From Macrostomum hystrix (lineage: Eukaryota > Animalia > Platyhelminthes), in contig CATNEN010000001.1 in assembly GCA_950097015.1 (NCBI GenBank), forward strand, positions 17,174,001 to 17,238,000: 64,000 nucleotides of DNA, written 5' to 3'. Of the stretch, positions 12,601 to 24,066 are shown one piece after another; the stretch's first letter is position 1, and each line of letters starts with the position of its first letter. The notes under the pieces are model-generated. The model was not told the origin of the DNA. It worked only from the letters and a program-made list of their open reading frames with translations, and ran no database searches. A program made the position numbers and the translations under genes.

Positions 12601-14350
12601 TTCCACTCCTGGGGCGGACCACCGCGCGGTCGGTCTCTAATGATCAGAGAGTCTCCAGATTGGATCTGCAGCAATGGTTGATAGATGGATGGTTCATTTT
12701 GATGGAAATTCTATTCAAGCTACATAAAAATATGTGATCTATACTGTTGTAAGTTGATGAGAATTGCTTTGTCACAATAATAGTTTGGTTTGCTTCTAAT
12801 TTGATTAAAAAACTGATATAGCCTAAAAGCTTAACTTTAGTCCAAATAAGCTTAAACTGTATATACTATTACTCTTTCTTCATAATGGAATGTAAAAATT
12901 CCTGAGTTCCTAGAGTGTCTATAGTGCCTTGTTAATTATCTACTGTATAACAAGCTGTTTACCACCAAAAAGTGTCAGTGACAAATGAATTCAATTCATT
13001 TTATATTAAATTTCTTCAATCAATTCATATTAAATAACTTCTATTCTAGTTTAATTTAATCACTCCAAATGTACTAGCTTTAACTTTCTAGTAAATATCA
13101 ATTTCAGTAATGTTAGTTTCATTCCTTTCTTTTAAATAAACAAAATTTAAATTTTGTAGTAAAAATATAACAAATTTTTAATAAGATAATGTCATTAACA
13201 ATAATGTTTTTTATTCTGTTCTTGTTGGTACAAAAAAATCACTGGTGCAACTAGAGGGATGAGGGGCAACCAAACTTTTCTACAGGAGCACCCAAAAAAT
13301 AAGAAAAGATACCAAGTGTATATTTTACCAAAGGTGGCCATTTATTTAACCTTATCTGCCATATATCTAGAAGAATTCACCTTTTGGAAAATCTTAGTTG
13401 CGCTACTACAAAAATGTACAAAGAATTTGTTTTTATTTAATTGATAATAATAATAATAATTGATTACACCTGCCCTAGTCGGGTCAGATGTGCAGCCAAC
13501 AGCACAGCCGCAGCTATTGCGCGGCACATCTGAAGGCTGCATACAGCTATTCAGTCCATGGACTGGGGGGACGCCATACCCACCTTCATTATCCCAGCTA
13601 ATGCTAGTACCCATTTAACAGCTGGGTGAACTGAAGGAATGCAGAGTTAAGTGTCTTGCTAAAGGACACAAATTGTTTTAAGTGGAGACGGAGACGGGAA
13701 TCGAACCTCCGACCTTTAAGTCGAGAGTCCGATGCCCTAACCACTAGGCTACAACCTCTTGTAGCCTCTTGTTTTTATTTGCAGTATTTGCATAAGAAAT
13801 TAATATATGTACAATGCATACAAAAATAGAATAGGACAAACTTGTTTTTACAAAAAAAAGTTGATAAAATTACAAAAATGTAAAACTTGTTTAATTTGCT
13901 TTTTAGGACTATTTTTTATTATTCATCCAATATTGCTTTTATTTATTTACATTGCAATGACAAATTTTTATTAAAATTGAAAATATACAAAAAATCAGCT
14001 CACTTTAATTGTATTTTTTAGTTTTTAGTGCATTTTTTATAATAACAATATCAAGATAACCTTTCTTGATACTTTAAGTTGTTAAAGTATTAGATAAGTT
14101 AGACATTCAACTATTTTTTATTTGTGAAGTTTAGAACGGATTTTAAAAAATACTTGTACTTAAAAAAATAAATACTTAATACTTAATAAAGTACGCGCAA
14201 TTATAAAGAAAATAACTTTCCAACAAGGTAATCACGTAAGTTTTTTACTTGCGCGTTGCGCGCAATAAAGGTCTTAGTATTCAGTTATGGTTAAAATATT
14301 ACCTGCTTTACAGTGCCTCGTAGCTGCTGGTTCTGACTCGTGGCCGCCAT
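6622..14350 (-). CDS. SND1: Tudor staphylococcal nuclease (Tudor-SN/p100), 7 exons, ~966 aa
   Basis: Exons 14350-14303, 12665-12406, 12290-11522, 11166-10937, 9503-9218, 8828-8175, 7275-6622; all GT-AG and phase-compatible (2901 nt). SN motifs ([48 protein letters not shown]), a Tudor domain, and C-terminal IWRYGDF. Confidence 0.96.
7348..8150. repeat. ~31-32-bp minisatellite (CACTTCAGGTATGCCAGGTGATTTCACTGACC)n in SND1 intron 6
   Basis: Tandem units visible; the unit drifts to ...GATTTAAACGACC at the right end. Confidence 0.95.
8872..9183 (-). mobile_element. tRNA-derived CORE-like SINE, family 1, in SND1 intron 5
   Basis: Homologous to 13439-13759 and 45908-46222; B-box GGTTCGATTCCC on the - strand; CORE-like GCAAGACACTTAAC. 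Confidence 0.85.
9791..10912. repeat. 20/21-bp minisatellite (GATAAGAGGATCTTATCCCT)n in SND1 intron 4
   Basis: Central block of more than 30 identical 20-bp units, with 21-bp variants at the flanks. Confidence 0.97.
11213..11481 (-). mobile_element. tRNA-derived SINE, family 2, with (ATT)n tail and 14-bp TSD, in SND1 intron 3
   Basis: Homologous to 30214-30500; tRNA-like head on the - strand; TSD GGCTTTAGA(T/C)CATA at 11199-11212 and 11482-11495. Confidence 0.82.
13439..13759 (-). mobile_element. tRNA-derived CORE-like SINE, family 1, full length, (ATT)n tail, 12-bp TSD
   Basis: On the - strand: A-box TAGCCTAGTGG, B-box GGTTCGATTCCC, MIR/CORE-like TGTGTCCTTTAGCAAGACACTTAAC...CAGCTGTTAAATGGG. 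TSD TTGTTTTTATTT at 13427-13438 and 13769-13780. Confidence 0.9.
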
Positions 14351-15604
14351 TTGTCGTATGATTTCAGTTTCTTTCGGTTTACAATGCTTTCCACAATAAA
14401 ATCAGCGCCAAATATACACAATTTCGGATAATTTTTGTATGCGAACTCTTAAATTTATGAACGTAAATTGCGCGCGTGTGCCAGCTGTGAATTCAGCCGA
14501 AATTAAAACACGAAGAGTATAATATGTAAAACAAATGCATAGTTAATGAAGACTGAGTATTGATAAATATATATTTGACTAGATTAAAAAGCTGCTAAAA
14601 TATATATTACTTTCCTTGCTCTCAATTTTTTTGCGATGTAATAAGCTCGCGAAAAGTTAAAAAGTATAAACATATCGTTAAAGTGACGTTAAAGTATCGC
14701 AAAGTCACAGTAATTTTTCAAGGACCACTGGGAGTAAACTCCCCTAGAGTAATTTTTGTGTTTCGTATATAAATTTTATTCCGCTAACAGCCGTCAAGTT
14801 ATACGAATTTTCGCAGTCGTTTGATCGTTCCTATATTTATATTTTATCATTGATATATTAAAACTGATGTACTTTCAATACTTTCAATAAAGTAGTGACA
14901 ATCAGAAAATGTTATCGTTAATATTTGATTTTACGAGCAAAAGTAATGTATACTGACGTATTATTGGTTGTAAAAACTATAATATAGAAACTGAGCACAA
15001 ATGTATGCTTTACACAATAGTAGTATATTATAAAATGAGATTAAATGGCTACTATAGTGAAATGGGAATTATTGTGAATAAAAAAATTAAATATTTCGAA
15101 CTAACATAATACAGTTAAGGAACGGATAAAAGTCTAAATCCCATGCGACATCTGAGATCGATACATGCATCTGAGATTCGAATTATTAAATCACAATTTT
15201 GGTTACAATTCCTTGAATATTGCAGCGTAAATGTAAATATAAATGTAAATGTAACCTACCGAAATATTAACTGACACGGCGGTTTTCATGCTTCGATAAA
15301 AAATAAACTAATAAACACAACTATGTTGTGGGTCAAACTGACGCATTGTACGTCTAGTAGTGTCAGATGCTATGCAGCTTATAGGATCGACAATTTTATT
15401 TGCGTAATGCCCATTCAAATGAAATTTTCCGAGCTAGCTCATACTCCCACTCGTGCCACTTTCGTAAGTGGCACGAAAATGGCATCTCAAATGTAATGGT
15501 TCTGTACTTCTAGCTAGCAAGTTACAGCACACTTGGCACGAATGCATATTTACAGTTACCTGACGTAACTGTACGTCAGGTACAGTACGTCAGTACGTCA
15601 GGTA

Positions 15605-17606
15605 CAGGGCTGTCGAGGATGCAGCATCCATTCTCCCAAGACGGAGGGCAAACCATCCCAAGGCGCTGTGGGACAACGATCCTGCAATCAGTCAAGCGCG
15701 ACGACACGTGCAGAGCGTCACCGCCCTCCATGGCGATGATAGCGACCAGGCCAACACTGCCCGGGACCAGCTGCAAGTCATCTATGCCCAGCGAACCGAG
15801 GTGTTTGTTGAAGAGGCAGTGAGCGAGATCCAGCTAGCGACCGACAACTGCCGCCACAGCGCTGCTTGGCGGGCCATCAACCAGCTGACTGGCAGGAAGC
15901 CCAGGCCTAGCGCAGTTGTTGGCGCGGACTCCATCGAGCATCGCAAGACTCAGCTGGTCAACCACTACCGCGATGTGCTTAATGCTCCTGCACAAAATTT
16001 ACTTCTTTTACCAATCCCAGACTTTGTCCCAGCAGAACCTAGCGTCTTCAACGTTGGCCCTATCACAACGAGCGAGGTTGGCCGGGCTCTGAGGACCATG
16101 CGTGCCGACGCCGCTGCTGGGGTGGATACGATTCCTCCCAGGGTCCTGAAGCTACCAGAGCTGACCCCCGCCATCACCGAGGTGCTGAACAAGCACTGCA
16201 GTCTTGGAGGCGACGCGGCCGCCTGCGCGCCCCCACAATGGCGCACCTCCAAGATCGTTTCCATCCCGAAGAAGGGGGCTTCTACAAGCCTGGACAACCA
16301 GCGTGGCATTGCGCTGGAATGTACCACGGCAAAGTTGCTGAATGCTGTGCTGCGCAACCGCCTCCTGCCAGGTCTCAACCCACTGCTGCTGAGTCTCCAG
16401 AGCGGTTTTCGGCCAGGCAGGTCCACCACTGAGCAGGTTGCAACCATCCGCTCAATCATTGAGGCCTGCAAGACCCGCCTGCGCTCCGTGTCGATTGTCT
16501 TCGTGGATTTCCGGAAGGCTTTTGACTCGGTGGCCAGGCTAGCGATTGCATGCTGTCCTACTACGGCGTCCCCCCTGCACTGGTGGCTGCGGTGATGGAT
16601 CTGTACAGCGATTCCAGGGCATTTGTTCAGTCGAGCGACGGCCCCACTGATGAGTTCAGCACAAGCTCTGGCGTCCTTCAGGGCGACACGCTGGCTCCTC
16701 TGCTTTTCATCATGGTCGTGGACTACGTGCTGCGCCGGTCTCTCCATGATGACGACGGCTATGTGCTAGTCCCACGTCGAAGCTCCCGACACCCTGCAGT
16801 CCCGCTGCCGGCTCTTGCGTATGCCGACGACATCGCACTCCTCTGTCGCGATCCAGCTGCTGCCCAACGCGCTCTCATAAGACTCTGCGAGGAGGGCGCT
16901 CGGGTTGGACTGATGATCAACGCACTGAAGACAGAAGTGCTGCACGTGGGCACTGATACCGCCCCGGCACTAGATCTGCCCAACGGAGACGCCATCGCGG
17001 TGTGCGAGGACTTTCGGTACCTCGGCTCCCTGGTGATGAGTCCCGACTCCATCGTCTCCGACAGAAGGAATCAGGCCTGGCGTGCGGCGCACCTTCTCAG
17101 GAACGTCTTCAACTCTGCTGCAAGAGACAGCCTGAAGGTGCGCCTCTTCCGCGCTGCCGTTGAGCCTATCCTTCTGTACGGCATGGAAGCAGTGCCGATG
17201 ACCGCCACGCGAGAGAAAACCCTGGACGCGCTATACAGGTCCCTGCTGCGCCACGCCCTGGGCGTGCACTACCCGGAGAGGCTGCCGTCCAGAGACCTGA
17301 TGGTTCGCGCCGGCGTCCCAGCCCTGAGCGTCACCCTGCGCCGGCGCCGCCAGATGCTGCTGGGCCACTGTCTGAGGAGCCACGGTCGCGGCGAGCGAAA
17401 CCCGCTTGCGCTGGTCCTCCTGCACCAACCGACCGAGCGGCTGCGCCGCGGCCAAGGAAGAACTGTGACGCTAATTACCACTCTGTTGGCTGACTTGCAG
17501 GCTATCGGACTTGATCCCCAGTCCGCCATGGCCTGCCCCTCCCGACTGTTCTGCGAGCGCGTGCGCGCAAAAGCTATCTAACTTTTTGCGTCTATATATA
17601 TATATA
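15605..17606 (+). mobile_element. 5'-truncated non-LTR retrotransposon (RTE-like), reverse transcriptase with one frameshift
   Basis: RT motifs QSGFRPGRST, FVDFRKAFDSV, GVLQGDTLAPLLF, LAYADD, FRYLGS split over ORFs 15708-16595 and 16550-17581 (frameshift near 16550). No endonuclease domain. Very short 3'UTR with a (TA)n tail. TSD TACCTGACGTAA at 15557-15568 and 17605-17616. Confidence 0.93.
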
Positions 17607-18040
17607 CCTGACGTAAGTAAAACAGATGCATGAAATTACCTGGTTTAAAATTTTGTCTGAGTACTTTAAAGGGGCTAAAAAGCGCAATTGGAAGCTCTGA
17701 GTTATAGGATGAAACAAATTACTCAAGAGCTATAATTAGCCCTATATAGAAGTTAGCGTCTTTTCCACCTGCTTTGTCTTCTGTGTTTAGTCTTGTGTAA
17801 TGGATAAAAATAGCTAGATATACGAGTACTGTAAAAAACGAAACCTCAATAGCTTGCAAGCACTTTAGTGACAAATATACTCGTAATTGTTATTGTTTTT
17901 CTGAGTTGTCTGACTCATCGCGAGTATAAATTCCTGTGTCTATTTAAATTATACATTATGGCACAAAAATTTTTCGCGATAATTTAAGACTGAGGTGAGT
18001 GAAAAATATTTTACAAGCATCCTTCATCAAACACTGATTA

Positions 18041-21000
18041 TCCCACATTCAGTCAGCCTTCTCCCACCTTCAGTCAGCCTTCTCCCATATTCAGCAAGCC
18101 TTTTGCCACCTTCAGTCAGCCTTCTGCCACATTCAGTCAGCCTTCTCCAACCTTCAGTCAGCCTTCTCCAACCTTCAGTCAGCCTTCTCCCACATTCAGT
18201 CAGCCTTTTGCCACCTTCAGTCAGCCTTCTGCCACATTCAGTCAGCCTTCTCCAACCTTCAGTCAGCCTTCTCCAACCTTCAGTCAGCCTTCTCCCACCT
18301 TCAGCCAGCCTTCTCCCACCTTCAGCCAGCCTTCTCCCACATTCAGTCAGCCTTCTCCCATATTCAGTCAGCCTTCTCCCACCTTCAGCCAGCCTTCTGC
18401 CACATTCAGTCAGCCTTCTCCCACCTTCAGCCAGCCATCTCCCACCTTCAGTCAGCCTTCTCCCACATTCAGTCAGCCTTCTCCCACCTTCAGCCAGCCT
18501 TCTCCCACATCAGTCAGCCTTCTGCCACCTTCAGTCAGACTTCTCCCACATTAAGTCAGCCTTCTGCCACCTTCAGTCAGACTTCTCCCACATTCAGTCA
18601 GCCTTCTGCCACATTCAGTCAGCCTTCTGCCACATTCAGTCAGCCTTCTGCCACATTCAGTCAGACTTCTCCCACATTAAGTCAGCCTTCTGCCACCTTC
18701 AGTCAGACTTCTCCCACATTCAGTCAGCCTTCTGCCACATTCAGTCAGCCTTCTCCCACATTCAGTCAGCCTTCTGCCACATTCAGTCAGCCTTCTCCCA
18801 CATTCAGTCAGACTTCTCCCACATTCAGTCAGCCTTCTGCCACATTCAGTCAGCCTTCTCCCACCTTCAGTCAGACTTCTCCCACATTCAGTCAGCCTTC
18901 TGCCACATTAAGTCAGCCTTCTGCCACCTTCAGTCAGACTTCTCCCACATTCAGTCAGCCTTCTCCCACATTCAGTCAGCCTTCTCCCACATTCAGTCAG
19001 CCTTCTGCCACATTCAGTCAGCCTTCTCCCACATTCAGTCAGACTTCTCCCACATTCAGTCAGCCTTCTCCCACATTCAGTCAGCCTTCTCCCACATTCA
19101 GCCAGCCTTCTCCAACCTTCAGTCAGCCTTCTCCCACATTCAGTCAGCCTTCTCCAACCTTCAGTCAGCCTTCTCCCACATTCAGTCAGCCTTCTGCCAC
19201 ATTCAGTCAGCCTTCTCCAACCTTCAGTCAGCCTTCTCCAACCTTCAGTCAGCCTTCTCCCACATTCAGTCAGCCTTCTGCCACATTCAGTCAGCCTTCT
19301 GCCACATTCAGTCAGCCTTCTGCCACATTCAGTCAGCCTTCTGCCACCTTCAGTCAGACTTCTCCCACATTCAGTCAGCCTTCTCCCACCTTCAGTCAGA
19401 CTTCTCCCACATTCAGTCAGCCTTCTGCCACATTCAGTCAGCCTTCTCCCACATTCAGTCAGCCTTCTGCCACATTCAGTCAGCCTTCTCCCACATTCAG
19501 TCAGCCTTCTGCCACATTCAGTCAGCCTTCTCCCACATTCAGTCAGACTTCTCCCACATTCAGTCAGCCTTCTCCCACATTCAGTCAGCCTTCTGCCACA
19601 TTCAGTCAGCCTTCTCCCACATTCAGTCAGCCTTCTGCCACATTCAGTCAGCCTTCTCCCACATTCAGTCAGCCTTCTGCCACATTCAGTCAGCCTTCTC
19701 CCACATTCAGTCAGACTTCTCCCACATTCAGTCAGCCTTCTCCAACCTTCAGTCAGCCTTCTCCCACCTTCAGTCAGCCTTCTGCCACATTCAGTCAGCC
19801 TTCTCCCACATTCAGTCAGACTTCTCCCACATTCAGTCAGCCTTCTGCCACATTCAGTCAGCCTTCTCCCACATTCAGTCAGACTTCTCCCACATTCAGT
19901 CAGCCTTCTCCCACATTCAGTCAGCCTTCTCCCACATTCAGTCAGACTTCTCCCACATTCAGTCAGCCTTCTCCCACATTCAGTCAGCCTTCTCCCACAT
20001 TCAGTCAGCCTTCTGCCACATTCAGTCAGCCTTCTCCCACATTCAGTCAGCCTTCTGCCAAATTCAGTCAGCCTTCTCCCACATTCAGTCAGACTTCTCC
20101 CACATTCAGTCAGCCTTCTCCCACATTCAGTCAGCCTTCTCCCATATTCAGCAAGCCTTCTCCAACCTTCAGTCAGCCTTCTCCAACCTTCAGTCAGCCT
20201 TCTCCAACCTTCAGCCAGCCTTCTCCCACATTCAGTCAGCCTTCTCCAACCTTCAGTCAGCCTTCTCCAACCTTCAGTCAGCCTTCTCCAACCTTCAGCC
20301 AGCCTTCTCCCACATTCAGTCAGCCTTCTGCCACCTTCAGTCAGACTTCTCCCACATTCAGTCAGCCTTCTCCCACATTCAGTCAGCCTTCTCCCACATT
20401 CAGTCAGCCTTCTCCCACATTCAGTCAGCCTTCTCCCATATTCAGCAAGCCTTTTGCCACCTTCAGTCAGACTTCTCCCACCTTCAGTCAGCCTTCTCCC
20501 ACCTTCAGTCAGCCTTCTCCCACATTCAGTCAGCCTTCTCCCACATTCAGTCAGCCTTCTCCCATATTCAGCAAGCCTTTTGCCACCTTCAGTCAGACTT
20601 CTCCCACCTTCAGTCAGCCTTCTCCCACCTTCAGTCAGCCTTCTCCAACCTTCAGTCAGCCTTCTCCCACCTTCAGTCAGCCTTCTCCCACATTCAGTCA
20701 GCCTTCTCCCACATTCAGTCAGCCTTCTCCAACCTTCAGTCAGCCTTCTCCCACCTTCAGTCAGCCTTCTCCAACCTTCAGTCAGCCTTCTCCCACATTC
20801 AGTCAGCCTTCTCCCACATTCAGTCAGCCTTCTCCAACCTTCAGTCAGCCTTCTCCAACCTTCAGTCAGCCTTCTCCAACCTTCAGTCAGCCTTCTCCCA
20901 CCTTCAGTCAGCCTTCTCCAACCTTCAGTCAGCCTTCTCCCACATTCAGTCAGCCTTCTCCCACCTTCAGTCAGCCTTCTCCCACCTTCAGTCAGCCTTC

Positions 21001-22690
21001 TCCAACCTTCAGTCAGCCTTCTCCAACCTTCAGTCAGCCTTCTCCCACATTCAGTCAGCCTTCTCCCACCTTCAGTCAGCCTTCTCCCACCTTCAGTCAG
21101 CCTTCTCCCACCTTCAGTCAGCCTTCTCCCACCTTCAGTCAGCCTTCTCCCACCTTCAGTCAGCCTTCTCCAACCTTCAGTCAGCCTTCTCCCACCTTCA
21201 GTCAGCCTTCTGCCACATTCAGCCAGCCTTCTCCCACCTTCAGTCAGCCTTCTCCAACCTTCAGCCAGCCTTCTCCCACATTCAGTCAGCCTTCTCCCAC
21301 CTTCAGTCAGCCTTCTCCCACCTTCAGTCAGCCTTCTCCCACATTCAGCCAGCCTTCTCCAACCTTCAGTCAGCCTTCTCCCACATTCAGTCAGCCTTCT
21401 CCCACCTTCAGTCAGCCTTCTCCCACCTTCAGTCAGCCTTCTCCAACCTTCAGTCAGCCTTCTCCAACCTTCAGTCAGCCTTCTCCCACATTCAGTCAGC
21501 CTTCTCCAACCTTCAGCCAGCCTTCTCCCACCTTCAGTCAGCCTTCTCCCACCTTCAGTCAGCCTTCTCCCACCTTCAGTCAGCCTTCTCCCACCTTCAG
21601 TCAGCCTTCTCCCACCTTCAGTCAGCCTTCTCCAACCTTCAGCCAGCCTTCTCCCACATTCAGTCAGCCTTCTCCAACCTTCAGTCAGCCTTCTCCCACC
21701 TTCAGTCAGCCTTCTCCCACCTTCAGTCAGCCTTCTCCCACCTTCAGTCAGCCTTCTCCCACCTTCAGTCAGCCTTCTCCCACCTTCAGTCAGCCTTCTC
21801 CAACCTTCAGCCAGCCTTCTCCAACCTTCAGTCAGCCTTCTCCCACATTCAGTCAGCCTTCTCCCACCTTCAGTCAGCCTTCTCCCACCTTCAGTCAGCC
21901 TTCTCCCACCTTCAGTCAGCCTTCTCCAACCTTCAGTCAGCCTTCTCCCACATTCAGTCAGCCTTCTCCCACATTCAGTCAGCCTTCTCCCACATTCAGT
22001 CAGCCTTCTCCCACCTTCAGTCAGCCTTCTCCCACCTTCAGTCAGCCTTCTCCCACCTTCAGTCAGCCTTCTCCCACATTCAGTCAGCCTTCTCCCACAT
22101 TCAGTCAGCCTTCTCCCACATTCAGTCAGCCTTCTCCCATATTCAGTCAGCCTTCTCCCACATTCAGTCAGCCTTCTCCCACATTCAGTCAGCCTTCTCC
22201 AACCTTCAGCCAGCCTTCTCCCACATTCAGCCAGCCTTCTCCCACATTCAGTCAGCCTTCTCCCATATTCAGCAAGCCAATTCTGCCACCTTCAGTCAGA
22301 CTTCTCCCACATTCAGTCAGCCTTCTCCCACATTCAGTCAGCCTTCTCCCACATTCAGTCAGCCTTCTCCCATATTCAGTCAGCCTTCTCCCACATTCAG
22401 TCAGCCTTCTCCCACATTCAGTCAGCCTTCTCCAACCTTCAGCCAGCCTTCTCCCACATTCAGCCAGCCTTCTCCCACATTCAGTCAGCCTTCTCCCATA
22501 TTCAGCAAGCCAATTCTGCCACCTTCAGTCAGACTTCTCCCACATTCAGTCAGCCTTCTCCCACATTCAGTCAGCCTTCTGCCACATTCAGTCAGCCTTC
22601 TCCCACATTCAGTCAGCCTTCTCCCACATTCAGTCAGCCTTCTCCCACCTTCAGCCAGCCTTCTCCCACCTTCAGTCAGCCTTCTCCCCT
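18041..22690. repeat. 21-bp minisatellite (CCACATTCAGTCAGCCTTCTC)n, ~4.6 kb
   Basis: About 220 tandem units; source of the 1565-aa and 753-aa repeat ORFs. Confidence 0.97.
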
Positions 22691-22714
22691 AAAAAATCCA
22701 TCCAGAATCAGGTG

Positions 22715-23389
22715 ATGGCGTCAGCATTGAGTTGTCACACCAGGCTGCATTCGGCAGCTATTTTGGTGCTGTTTTTGAGCTGTCATTGTACCGCAATGCC
22801 CATGCCTTTCGTTGATTTCTTCGAGAGCCAGCTGAAGACCGACTGTCCGATACTGGAACAGTTTGAAACTGAATTGTTCATGTGTCTAGATCGCATGCTA
22901 CTGGCCAAAGCGATGAACATCGTAATCATAAAGAACATGACCTTGTCGTGTGCTTTCCACCAGCAGTCAGTCGTGCTGAGTATGTCGTTCAGAAACGAAG
23001 CCGAGATGATTAGCATTCTTTGCAATTACTCAGGGTATGACATTAAGCGACGCGCACCATTGAATCTAGAGATCCAGGCGCATGAGTACCGATTGATGGG
23101 AGATTCCAAGCCTTATCCAGTCCGGGGAGCTGGCGGCAGCGACTCTGATGCGGCAGTGCAGCTCCTGACGCAGAGCTCGGAGAATTTGGTGTACAGCCGG
23201 AACACGGATGGCTCATTTCCAAGGATGATACAATTCCGGCTAACAGACAAGACTCGTTATTTGAAAATCAACTTTGATTATGCGGGCCGGCTGCTGTGCA
23301 ACATGACAATGAGCCTGTCCCGCCGAGAACCAATCAGAACCGAGTGCGGTTATTCGCGGATGCTAAAGACACTTGTCGGTTTGGAATGA
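22715..23389 (+). CDS. Uncharacterised single-exon protein (224 aa) with predicted signal peptide
   Basis: Non-repetitive ORF from ATG 22715; N-terminal AAILVLFLSCHCTA resembles a signal peptide; several Cys and N-x-S/T sites; no family recognised. Confidence 0.55.
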   Translation: MASALSCHTRLHSAAILVLFLSCHCTAMPMPFVDFFESQLKTDCPILEQFETELFMCLDRMLLAKAMNIVIIKNMTLSCAFHQQSVVLSMSFRNEAEMISILCNYSGYDIKRRAPLNLEIQAHEYRLMGDSKPYPVRGAGGSDSDAAVQLLTQSSENLVYSRNTDGSFPRMIQFRLTDKTRYLKINFDYAGRLLCNMTMSLSRREPIRTECGYSRMLKTLVGLE

Positions 23390-24066
23390 TACATTCTGAA
23401 ACGATATTTTCGATGAACAGTCGACTCATATAGAAAGACTCATTTTTTTCTGTATCGCTGAAAATATTCAACCAATCGCCATGCATATCCAGAGCACGAG
23501 CATATATTAATATCGTTATATCGTTATAAAACTCGTTATATTAATATATGAGCTCACATGTTCTGCACTTTCTATTTGAATCATTCACAATACAGTAAGA
23601 TCAATACAGTACTTAAAAGTTACGAGCGACTTCAGTGCAAACAATTTATTCGGGTTCTTGAATAGTTTTGTTAAAACATTCAAACTTTACACATGAGATT
23701 ATTATCATAAGTGCATGCAGAAATTAAACCAAAACACAGGTAAGTTTCCTACAAGCTATACAAAAATGGTTTCTAAAACATGCAGTCTGCTTTATGGTCT
23801 CGACTTTCCAGTCAAAAAACTGAAAAATTGACTGGTTCTAAAAATACCAAGATAAGTAACGGGACTCCATCGTGAAACTCAAAGTGAATGACACGACTAG
23901 AACTATTCTAGCTTAGCGTCAAGCTTGCAGGCCTGAAATAAGGATAAAAATGTAATTAAAAACATAATATTTTTGTGTCTGATAGAAAATAAATACACTA
24001 GGCTATCCATCAACAACGAGCTGCTGGTCATGATTTTTTGTCATGCAGTTTCTGCTTTGATTATCG

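Noticed and set aside
13690-13759. tRNA gene-like sequence (also ~46150-46220)
   Set aside because: A/B boxes are SINE heads attached to a shared body and tail; no complete cloverleaf acceptor stem.
15451-15476. 11-bp hairpin TCGTGCCACTT/AAGTGGCACGA as a Helitron 3' end
   Set aside because: The nearby CTAG on the - strand is not followed by T, and no 5' end or second copy is visible.
17995-22715. 1565-aa and 753-aa repeat ORFs (HIQSAFS / PPSVSLL)
   Set aside because: The 21-bp unit is open in several frames, and indels switch the peptide mid-ORF, so there is no sign of coding constraint.
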